Below, one piece after another: positions 30,368 through 37,947 of a stretch of DNA of 64,000 nucleotides. Made by a program: the position numbers and the translations under genes. The notes under the pieces were generated by a model. That model searched no databases. It was given only the letters and a program-made list of their open reading frames with translations, and was not told the origin of the DNA. Numbering within the stretch: position 1 is the stretch's first letter; every line of letters starts with the position of its first letter. Source of the stretch: Patescibacteria group bacterium (GTDB taxonomy: Bacteria; Patescibacteriota; Minisyncoccia; Phycocordibacterales; JBBTRF01); contig JBBTRF010000001.1 of NCBI GenBank assembly GCA_038065315.1, positions 33,642 through 97,641 of the forward strand, read 5' to 3'.

Positions 30368-31711
30368 CTATTTTACCAACTTCGAAATCTCTTCGATCTT
30401 CACCGTCTTCTCCTCACCACTCTTCAGATTTTTGAGCTTGAACACGCCGGTCTTTATTTCCTCCTCGCCAATCACGATCACAAAAGGAATGTTTTGCTTG
30501 TCGGCATACTTGATCTGGTCACCAATTTTGCGGCCGGAATAGTCGACGGCCACGCTCACACCCGCCGCGCGGAGCTCCTGGGCGATCTCTTGCGCGCTGT
30601 CGTCGAGCGAGGCGGTGCCGGTGACGCCCATCACCGCCAAATACAAATCTGCACTTTTTGCGGCACCCGGGAGCAAGTTGCGAGATTCGAGAAGGTCGCG
30701 GAGCACGACATCGCCGGCACCAAAGCCGAAAGCAGCCACTTTTTCGGCGCCAAAAATATCAAGGAGGTCGTCGTAGCGACCGCCGCCGAAGACGGATCGG
30801 CGATTCTCTGGGCTGGTATCGAATACTTCAAATACGATGCCGGTGTAATAGTCGAAGCCGCGCATCAACGTCTGGCTGAAGCGGGCATTGGTGATACCGA
30901 GCAACTCGAGCTTTCCGAGCAGTGTTTGTATTTCGATGAAAGCCTCGTGTCCCTTGGCCGCGGCCCGCGCGCTTTCCGGCAGGTGCGAGATAAATTCGTC
31001 AAAATTCTGCGAATTGAGCAAGGCCAAAAACTTTTGAGTCTTCTCGTGATCGTGTTTGATTCCGATCAAAGCTTCAATCTTCGCAGCAAAATCGCTGGCC
31101 GGCATTTTCTCCTTGCGGTCGATGAGTTTGGAGACGGCGCGAGCGGTCTCCGCGTCGAGACCAAAGACGTCGCTGAGAATGTAGTTCATCACTTTGCGGC
31201 TGTTGATCAAAATTTCAAAATCAACATCCTTCAAGCCGAATTCGCGGAGCAGGGCAGAGGCGATCGAGATTACCTCGACTTCGGCTTGCACGGTTTTTAC
31301 GCCAAAAATATCGACGTTGAGCTGCCAGTGTTCGCGGAGACGGCCCTTCTGTGGCTGTTCGTATCGAAAAAGATTGGGGATCGAATACCAACGGAGCGGG
31401 AAGCTGAGCACTTTGCGCTCGGCGGCGATCATGCGGGCCACGGTCGGAGTCATTTCAGGGCGGAGAGTGACCTCGCGTTCGCCGCGGTCGATGAAAGTGT
31501 AGGTCTGCTCGTTGACGATCTCCTCGCCGGACTTGGCTTTGTAGAGCTCGGCCGGTTCGAGGACAGATGCGCCGTATTCAGTGTAGCCGAAACGCTCCAC
31601 TACGCGGCGCATGGTGCCGAAGATATGATTCTGCACCGCCATCTCGGCCGGATAGAAGTCGCGGACGCCCTTGTATGGGTCGGTGGACAGAGGTTTTTTC
31701 GGTGTAGACAT
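30368..31711 (-). CDS. hisS: Histidine--tRNA ligase
   Basis: KGVRDF, LRPEMTPT, FRYEQPQKGRLREHWQ, RGFDYYTG, GGGRYD, anticodon-binding domain. Confidence 0.97.
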   Translation of the reverse strand: MSTPKKPLSTDPYKGVRDFYPAEMAVQNHIFGTMRRVVERFGYTEYGASVLEPAELYKAKSGEEIVNEQTYTFIDRGEREVTLRPEMTPTVARMIAAERKVLSFPLRWYSIPNLFRYEQPQKGRLREHWQLNVDIFGVKTVQAEVEVISIASALLREFGLKDVDFEILINSRKVMNYILSDVFGLDAETARAVSKLIDRKEKMPASDFAAKIEALIGIKHDHEKTQKFLALLNSQNFDEFISHLPESARAAAKGHEAFIEIQTLLGKLELLGITNARFSQTLMRGFDYYTGIVFEVFDTSPENRRSVFGGGRYDDLLDIFGAEKVAAFGFGAGDVVLRDLLESRNLLPGAAKSADLYLAVMGVTGTASLDDSAQEIAQELRAAGVSVAVDYSGRKIGDQIKYADKQNIPFVIVIGEEEIKTGVFKLKNLKSGEEKTVKIEEISKLVK

Positions 31712-31762
31712 AGTGAGGATATTGTAGCAAATCAGCCTTATTTTACGAAGTTTTCTGGAGCA

Positions 31763-31792
31763 TTGACACATAGTACTATAAGGTGATATAAT
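31763..31792 (+). promoter_or_regulatory. Sigma-70 promoter of the DGR target gene
   Basis: TTGACA-18 nt-TATAAT; AAAAGGA RBS before GTG 31869. Confidence 0.7.
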
Positions 31793-31868
31793 ACATCTCG
31801 AACAGGGATTGCGGCATGTCGCCAAAATCTAGACTGTTCTTTGGAAATCAGAACAAAAAGGAAACACC

Positions 31869-32696
31869 GTGAAAGGTACACCCTTGTCGGATGCAAATGA
31901 TGTCGCGCTCACAGTGCGCGCCATCGCTCTCGGTATGAAATTGGCACTCAATCTGCCGAAAGTGTTCACGCTCAGAGAGCTTGAGCATTACGAAGCCAAT
32001 CTTGATGAGCTTCCCGGGATTCTCCGGAACGGCTCTCGCTTTACCGCGACAGCCACCCAAGAAGGTGCGACTCAGACAGAACCTCCCCCGCGTCCCTCCT
32101 TCGCCTTTGCTGACACGAACGCCCTCAAGGCGATCGAGGAAGCCGAGGACTTTGCCGAGAAACACTTCGGCCATCGCCCCGACTTGCGCAAGCAGTTCAC
32201 GATGCCGAAGGTTTTGCCCTGGAAAATTGTGATCGCGGTCTATGATCCCGGCACTTTGACCCATCGCCAAGCAGTGGAGCAGGCCCTCAAGGCCCAGCCC
32301 AAGCTTAAGAGTGTGTATGAGGAGCGGGACCTGATGGACTACAAGGACGCGAAAGCTTCCGGCAAGCCCACTCTTCGCTTCGTTGAACGCTCGACGCAGC
32401 CGACACCGGACACGATGAATCTCACCGCAGACGAGATGGTGGCCACAGGGCGCGTCTTCCTCGATCTGCGCGGTTACATCATCGCCTTCGGCATGTATCA
32501 CAAGGTGACCGGCCACTTCCTCGACCCGAAGACGTGGACCCGGTTCCCAACATCGAGGCTCCCCGACGGCGGGGTGGCGAGTGGCTACTGGTTTCCGGGC
32601 TACTCGAAGGTCCGCTTCGACTGGGACTACGCCGGCTATCGCGGCTCCGACATCGGTGGTCGCGAGGCAGTCAATTGTGCCCTTGCAACTCCTTGA
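31869..32696 (+). CDS. DGR target protein (275 aa, C-terminal variable region, no obvious signal peptide)
   Basis: The last ~47 codons contain the VR; the C-terminus DWDYAGYRGSDIGGREAV resembles C-type-lectin-fold DGR target ends (inference). Confidence 0.9.
   Translation: MKGTPLSDANDVALTVRAIALGMKLALNLPKVFTLRELEHYEANLDELPGILRNGSRFTATATQEGATQTEPPPRPSFAFADTNALKAIEEAEDFAEKHFGHRPDLRKQFTMPKVLPWKIVIAVYDPGTLTHRQAVEQALKAQPKLKSVYEERDLMDYKDAKASGKPTLRFVERSTQPTPDTMNLTADEMVATGRVFLDLRGYIIAFGMYHKVTGHFLDPKTWTRFPTSRLPDGGVASGYWFPGYSKVRFDWDYAGYRGSDIGGREAVNCALATP
32556..32671 (+). repeat. DGR variable repeat (VR)
   Basis: 116-nt gapless alignment with TR; 19 mismatches, all opposite TR adenines. Confidence 0.97.
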
Positions 32697-32727
32697 GCCC
32701 CTTGTTTCCTTCGACTTCTCCTCTTCA

Positions 32728-32762
32728 CCCCTCGGCTTGCTATGGCAGGTCGGGGGTTTTTC
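32728..32762 (+). terminator. Hairpin/terminator downstream of VR
   Basis: CCCTCGGCTTGC-TATG-GCAGGTCGGGGG (three G-U pairs) followed by a T-tract. Confidence 0.65.
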
Positions 32763-32981
32763 TATGCGACAATGTGACAAAAGCAGCTCGTTTACGCTAT
32801 ACTTTTTGCAGGCTGTTAAATTGGTCCGATATTTTCAATCTGTGAAAAATGTCTGACAACAATTTGCCTAACAATAGAAACTGCTTGCTCACGTTTATAT
32901 TACGCATGCTCTGCCGCACGCATTCTCAACTCAGGAGTTTTTGCAAAAGGACTCCGGTGATACGGACGAATGTGGGCAATA

Positions 32982-33097
32982 AGGCTCCCCGACGGCAAGG
33001 TGGCGAATGGCAACTGGAATCCGGACAACTCGAAGGTCAACTTCAACTGGAACAACGCCGACAATCGCAACTCCAACATCGGTGGTCGCGAGGAAGT
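32982..33097 (+). ncRNA. DGR template repeat (TR)
   Basis: Intergenic copy of VR with 11 AAC/AAT triplets in the VR frame and 34 adenines; followed by hairpin 33108-33127. Confidence 0.95.
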
Positions 33098-33100
33098 TTC

Positions 33101-33534
33101 TCACAACAAAGAGCCACTAGGCTCTTTTTGTGTCTGGCTCGGCAGTGCGCCTGTTTGGATCGCATATGTCAGCCAGCCGTTGGTCATTTTCGAAATCTCG
33201 ATGAGTTGCTCGTAGAATCGAAAATACGTTTTCTCGGGGATGATTTGCAGTTCATGTTCAGTTCGGACAAGGTGTTTCAATATCTCGACTTGCAATCGCA
33301 GCTCCTCCAGCGCGCTTTGTTTTTCTTGCCGCGGCCGGAAAGCCGCTTCTACAGCGAGCGCAAGGCAGGCGAGAGACTGCTTTTCTATCTGTGCATGGAT
33401 ACCGAGTTTGTCTCGCTTCGATAATTTTTCTGCGCTACAATACAAGTCCTTATGCAACAGGCGAATAGCACGGATGATGGGCAAAGTGGTATCACTGGGA
33501 GCGGTTTTGGTAGTAGCGGGGGGGGGGTATTCAT
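33101..33534 (-). CDS. avd: Avd-like (accessory variability determinant) four-helix-bundle protein
   Basis: LPII...SKRDKLGI...LKHLVR...EISKMTNGWL pattern typical of bAvd-like proteins; lies between TR and RT. ATG 33534 is out of frame by one base at the C10 tract; in-frame TTG at 33484 is an alternative start. Confidence 0.8.
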
Positions 33535-34590
33535 GGTTTTGATTTTCGTGATGTAATATTTGACGACATCGTATCGCTAAGAAGTCTTTTTTCGGCTTGG
33601 CGCCGGTTTTCAAAAGGGAAGCGGTCAAAGAAGGATGTTACCCTATTTGAGCTCCATTTGGAAGACAATCTCTTTTCTCTGCATCGTCGGCTGGTCTCGG
33701 GAGAGTGGCGTCCTGACCCGTATCAGGCTTTTTTGGTGCAGGATCCGAAGCTCCGACGAATCCATAAGGCGAGCGTCGGCGACAGGGTGCTGTATCAAGC
33801 TGTGTATCAGACGCTGTATCCGCTGTTCGACAAGCATTTTATCCATGATTCATACGCCTCTCGCGATCTGAAAGGTACGCATCGGGGTGTCGAGCGGTTT
33901 GGGGTGTTTGCGAAAAAAGTAAGTGCCAATCATTGCCATGCAGCTTTTGTGTTGAAGTGTGACGTGCGGAAATTTTTCGACTCCATTGATCACGACATTT
34001 TGTTGGAACTGCTGGGGCGGAAGCTTGGCGGCCGCGCGTCGGGCACTCCACACCTGCTCAGACTTCTCGAAAAGATCATCCGCTCTTTTGAGGCTTCACC
34101 TGGCAAAGGGCTGCCGCTCGGAAATGTCACGAGCCAGATTTTTGCGAATATCTACCTCAACAAACTCGATCAATTTGTGAAGCATTTCCTGCGCGCGCAA
34201 TACTATATACGATACTGCGACGATTTTGTATTGCTATCGTCGTCGCGCGAGGAGCTCGAGGGTTGGACTCGGGAAATCGGCCAATTTTTGCAGGAGCATC
34301 TGAAACTTTCATTGCATCCGAACAAGGTCACGATACGCAAGCTGCTCCAGGGAACGGATTTTCTCGGGTATGTGAGCTTGCCGCGCTATCGCGTGTTGCG
34401 GACGAAAACCAGAAACAGGATGTTCAAAAAGATCGTTGGACTCGCGGCTGAGGTGAAGAGTGGAAAGATTTCTGAGGATCGTTTTTGCAATTCACTCGCT
34501 TCCTATCTCGGCATGTTGAGACATTGCAAAAGTAAGAAGGTGTTGGCGGAACTCGGCACGCTACTTGGTACCGCTGACCAACCCCGATGA
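33517..34590 (+). CDS. DGR reverse transcriptase
   Basis: DPKLRRIHKA..DRV, KCDVRKFFDSIDH, GLPLGNVTSQIFAN (DGR-type SQ motif), YIRYCDDF, DFLGY. The frame is open from 33517 but its first standard start is TTG 33658; ATG 33452 joins the frame if the G-tract is G11. Confidence 0.95.
   Translation, partial: RGGGIHGFDFRDVIFDDIVSLRSLFSAWRRFSKGKRSKKDVTLFELHLEDNLFSLHRRLVSGEWRPDPYQAFLVQDPKLRRIHKASVGDRVLYQAVYQTLYPLFDKHFIHDSYASRDLKGTHRGVERFGVFAKKVSANHCHAAFVLKCDVRKFFDSIDHDILLELLGRKLGGRASGTPHLLRLLEKIIRSFEASPGKGLPLGNVTSQIFANIYLNKLDQFVKHFLRAQYYIRYCDDFVLLSSSREELEGWTREIGQFLQEHLKLSLHPNKVTIRKLLQGTDFLGYVSLPRYRVLRTKTRNRMFKKIVGLAAEVKSGKISEDRFCNSLASYLGMLRHCKSKKVLAELGTLLGTADQPR
33518..33527. repeat. G10 homopolymer in the overlapping 5' ends of avd and RT
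   Basis: TAGTAGC-GGGGGGGGGG-TATTCATGG. Confidence 0.9.
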
Positions 34591-34857
34591 ACTAAAAAAG
34601 CTGGAACACAAGTTTCCAACTGTTTTTAGTTCTGGCGAGACTCCCGGTCCTCGCATGCGTGCCTCTCAGTGAAGAGAGCGCTGGGGAGAGATTTTCCAGT
34701 CTTCAGATGACCCTTCTTTACCCCTAAAGTATAAATAATCGGGGAGATTTTTGCAAGCTTAGAAAAGAAGATTGGCAAAAGAGAAATGCCGCGTCCTTTC
34801 AGGCGCGGCATTTGAATTTGTCGGGAGGTTTTTGAGTGACTCAGTTTGTGGCAATGA

Positions 34858-35310
34858 TCAGCTCGCCGAGACCTTCTTGCAGGTAGTGATGAGGTAGAGC
34901 CCCGCAGCGATGAGGCCGCCACCAGCGCAGAATTTCCACAGCACCACCTTGTCCCATTCCTTGAAGATCGTGGCGCTGATGAGCACGGCGATGAAAGGGT
35001 TGGTGCCGACGATGAGGAAGATCGTGGAAGCCGTAGACTGCATGTCGGGGGCAAGTGCGCGGGTCCAGAGCAGCATCGCGATAGTCCAGATCGCGCCGAC
35101 CATGACTCCAACGGAGCAGGCTTGCAGAGACGGCAGGGGCACGTCGCGGTGGTTCCACCAGTAGACGATGCCGATGATTAGGCCACCGAGCGAGCTACTG
35201 AAAATGGTGCTACTGGTGGTGAGGCCGAGGCGCTGGCCGATACCCATGAGGGGATTGGCGATGCCGTAGAGGACAGAGGCGATGAGGGAGAGCCAGAGGT
35301 AGGTTTTCAT
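34858..35310 (-). CDS. Small multi-TM membrane protein (EamA/DMT-like)
   Basis: About five hydrophobic helices; NPFIAVLISATIFKE motif; terminator near 34783-34813. Confidence 0.65.
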   Translation of the reverse strand: MKTYLWLSLIASVLYGIANPLMGIGQRLGLTTSSTIFSSSLGGLIIGIVYWWNHRDVPLPSLQACSVGVMVGAIWTIAMLLWTRALAPDMQSTASTIFLIVGTNPFIAVLISATIFKEWDKVVLWKFCAGGGLIAAGLYLITTCKKVSAS

Positions 35311-35413
35311 GTGCTATATTGGGTTGACGAACCGTTGTAGTCCGAGCAATTTTCTGAGCCAGCATCAACACTAAACATTTTTGGAGTTTTGTCAACAAAG
35401 TCGCAGAACGCAC

Positions 35414-36205
35414 ATGCCTTTCCTCATCAACAAAAAGCTCGGCGAAACGCCGCTCAAATGTCTCGAGCGTTTTTGCGCTGAAAGAGCTGCTGTGGGCAAG
35501 GTTGCTTTTGCCGATGCTCGCTCTATGCCATTTACCTACGCTGGCCGACTTGATCCAATGGCTGAAGGCCTGCTCGTGGTGCTCGCGGGCGAAGAGTGTA
35601 AACAGAAGGAAAAATATCTTGGTTTGGACAAAGTGTATGAGACAGAATTTTTGCTCGGAGTGGAGACGGATACGCATGATGTGTTGGGAATGGTGCAGGA
35701 TTCCGCGCTGGCCGCAACCTCTCAACAGTCCTCGAACACTTCTTTAGAACAATTTGAGACGGTCTTGAGAACATTTTTAGGTAAACGCATACAGGTGTAC
35801 CCGGCGTATTCTTCGAAGCCGCACAAGGGTCGGCCGTTGTTCGAGCTGGCGCGTGCTGGCGAGTTGCCAACTGAAGGTGAGATGCCGAGCAGGGAGGTCG
35901 AGATCTATCAGATCGAGGTGCTGGGTGAACGCATCGTGACAGCCGACGAGCTAGAGCAGCAGATCCTCGAAAGGATCGCGCTCGTGAAGGGCGATTTTCG
36001 GCAGCCGGAGATCGCAGTAAGGTGGCGGCAGTTTTTCCAGACGAATCATGATCGAAATTTTCAGGTGTTATCGCTCCGTATCCACTGTTCAAGCGGCACC
36101 TATATCCGCTCACTGGCGCAGGAAATAGGGAAACGTCTTGGCACTGGCGCCATCGCTTTTTCGATCAAACGCACGCAGGTGGGTGATTTTTTGCTATCGG
36201 CGTAG
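35414..36205 (+). CDS. TruB-like pseudouridine synthase, divergent paralog
   Basis: KKLGETPL, YAGRLDPMAEGLL, TDTHDVLG, YPAYSSK, CSSGTYIRSL. Confidence 0.85.
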   Translation: MPFLINKKLGETPLKCLERFCAERAAVGKVAFADARSMPFTYAGRLDPMAEGLLVVLAGEECKQKEKYLGLDKVYETEFLLGVETDTHDVLGMVQDSALAATSQQSSNTSLEQFETVLRTFLGKRIQVYPAYSSKPHKGRPLFELARAGELPTEGEMPSREVEIYQIEVLGERIVTADELEQQILERIALVKGDFRQPEIAVRWRQFFQTNHDRNFQVLSLRIHCSSGTYIRSLAQEIGKRLGTGAIAFSIKRTQVGDFLLSA

Positions 36206-36391
36206 CCAGACCCGTTTCACCTCTCCAAAACCCTTGACGCCGCATCGTTTTTATCGTAAAACTTGACTTTCCGACTCGCCTGTGCTATACTTCTTTTGTT
36301 GTAGATTTCTCAGTGTTTTCAAGCGCAACGCGCATTTTGGAGCTTTTGGGAAGGTCGTCTACACGTATTAGATTTCATTCAAAAGTACCCA

Positions 36392-36697
36392 ATGGCAAAG
36401 AAGTTGTACATCGGTGGTCTTTCGTACGGAACTACCCAGGACGGTCTCAAAGAGGCATTCTCTAAGGCTGGCATGGTGAGCTCTACTACGATCATCATCG
36501 ACAAAATGACCGGAAAGAGCCGAGGTTTTGGATTCGTTGAAATGCCAAATGACGCGGAAGCGGATGCGGCGATCAACATGTTCCACGGCCAGCAGCTCGA
36601 CGGTCGAACTCTCACCGTCAATGAGGCACGTCCGATGGCTCCTCGAACTGATCGCCCAATGCGATCATTCGGCGGCGGCGATCGACGAAGCTTCTAA
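36392..36697 (+). CDS. RRM-domain RNA-binding protein
   Basis: KLYIGGL (RNP2), SRGFGFVEM (RNP1), VNEARP; promoter TTGACT-17-TATACT at about 36263-36291; terminator about 36705-36735. Confidence 0.92.
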   Translation: MAKKLYIGGLSYGTTQDGLKEAFSKAGMVSSTTIIIDKMTGKSRGFGFVEMPNDAEADAAINMFHGQQLDGRTLTVNEARPMAPRTDRPMRSFGGGDRRSF

Positions 36698-36795
36698 CAA
36701 GAGACAAAAAAGCTCCCGCAAGGGGGCTTTTTTGTTTGGCGCAAGTGTGGGATACTACTCCTGTTATCAGCGAATATCAGCAAAATAAAATCGAT

Positions 36796-37269
36796 ATGAA
36801 TTTTATCTCAAAAGTCGCAGTGTGGTTTCGAAATGAGGACGCGGGCCTCCTCGTGCTCCGAGTGGCGGTGGCGATTCCGTTTATTGTTCACGGATATGCC
36901 AAGCTTGCCGATCATGGTATGTATGTGCAGGCATTTGCGAGCATGGGCATCTTTGCTCCAGCTTTCATGGCCTGGTTTGTTGGCTTGGTTGAGTTTGTTG
37001 GCGGCATTGTGGTCTTGCTCGGCATTTTCGTGCGAACAGCGGGGGTCCTCCTAACTGTGGTGATGGTGGTAGCAATTGCGACTGTCCACGCAAAGAGCGG
37101 ATATTCAGCAATGACCGGTGGCTACGAGTACCAGCTCACTCTTTTGTTGACAGCGTTGGCGGTGGCTTTCACTGGCGCTGGCAAGTATGTTCCAGCTCCG
37201 TTGGCGAAGCTTGAAGCGAAGTGTTGTGCTGGTTGTGCTAGCACCTGCGGTTGTGACGAGACGAAGTAG
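36796..37269 (+). CDS. DoxX-family membrane protein
   Basis: LLVLRV...HGYAKL...VEFVGG...GGYEYQL...GAGKY; Cys-rich tail. Confidence 0.85.
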   Translation: MNFISKVAVWFRNEDAGLLVLRVAVAIPFIVHGYAKLADHGMYVQAFASMGIFAPAFMAWFVGLVEFVGGIVVLLGIFVRTAGVLLTVVMVVAIATVHAKSGYSAMTGGYEYQLTLLLTALAVAFTGAGKYVPAPLAKLEAKCCAGCASTCGCDETK

Positions 37270-37467
37270 CATACTTTTTTCTTGAGAAACAAAAAACCGC
37301 CCAGACAAGACGGGCGGTTTTTTGTTTGGGCACATCTTCATACAAAATTGAACAAAAATTGAGTATCTCTTTAACAAAAATTAGGCATTTCTTGAACCTT
37401 TCTTAGCAGTTTCTCTACCGATGCTTTGCTAGAGTATGGGTTCAGCGGGGGTGGTGAGGCAAAAAAC

Positions 37468-37534
37468 AGTAGATGCGGATTTCTCATACTTTGTATGAAT
37501 TTGTATGAGAAAGTATGAGAAATCCGCATCTACT
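37468..37534. repeat. Dispersed palindromic element, copy 2 (25-bp perfect arms)
   Basis: AGTAGATGCGGATTTCTCATACTTT / AAAGTATGAGAAATCCGCATCTACT with a 17-nt spacer. Confidence 0.9.
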
Positions 37535-37614
37535 AAAAAACATCGGCAGACACCCTCTCGGATGTTTTATTACTAATCTCAACCGCTACTTTTCGGCTGT
37601 CTAGTTCAAATACT

Positions 37615-37941
37615 ATGAGAAAAAGAATCACACTATCCCTGTCGAATAATTTGCTAGAAAAGGTTCGTGTTGCCAAAGACGAGCGAGAAATTTCAACTAC
37701 AATGAGCGCAATGTTCGAAAACATTATCGTTGTGTGGGACCACGCGCGGAAACTCAAAACTGTTGAAAAGAAAAAGACGAACAGAGCTTTTTCTGAGTCA
37801 TTTGCTCGAGAAATGAAAGAACACCCCGAGTGGTATATCGGCGACGGGCCGGATGATCCAGGTCACGATGAAGACGAAGGAGTTGGATTTTGGCGTAACT
37901 ATTATGCGAAACAAAAACCGCCGCCTCCTCGCGGTTTTTGA
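37615..37941 (+). CDS. Small protein with a probable ribbon-helix-helix DNA-binding N-terminus
   Basis: MRKRITLSLSNNLLEKV...TMSAMFENII has the alternating beta strand plus two helices pattern of CopG/RHH proteins. Confidence 0.55.
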   Translation: MRKRITLSLSNNLLEKVRVAKDEREISTTMSAMFENIIVVWDHARKLKTVEKKKTNRAFSESFAREMKEHPEWYIGDGPDDPGHDEDEGVGFWRNYYAKQKPPPPRGF

Positions 37942-37947
37942 CCGACA

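Larger units (their letters stand above)
31869..34590. mobile_element. Diversity-generating retroelement (target gene/VR, TR, avd, RT)
   Basis: VR/TR pair with adenine-only mismatches, DGR-type RT and an Avd-like four-helix protein within 2.7 kb. Confidence 0.95.

Noticed and set aside
30494-31786. 430-aa ORF on the plus strand
   Set aside because: Antisense shadow of hisS with no motifs. Most other overlapping ORFs in the track were rejected for the same reason.
32849-33424. ORFs spanning TR (32849-33424 and 32970-33215, the latter Asn-rich)
   Set aside because: These are translations of the template repeat and antisense avd. TR is open in the VR frame by design, and there is no independent evidence of coding.
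33517-34590. RT as a group II intron, retron or CRISPR-associated RT
   Set aside because: Short length, the SQ motif, adjacent Avd and the TR/VR pair identify it as DGR-type. No intron domain V, msr/msd or cas genes were seen.
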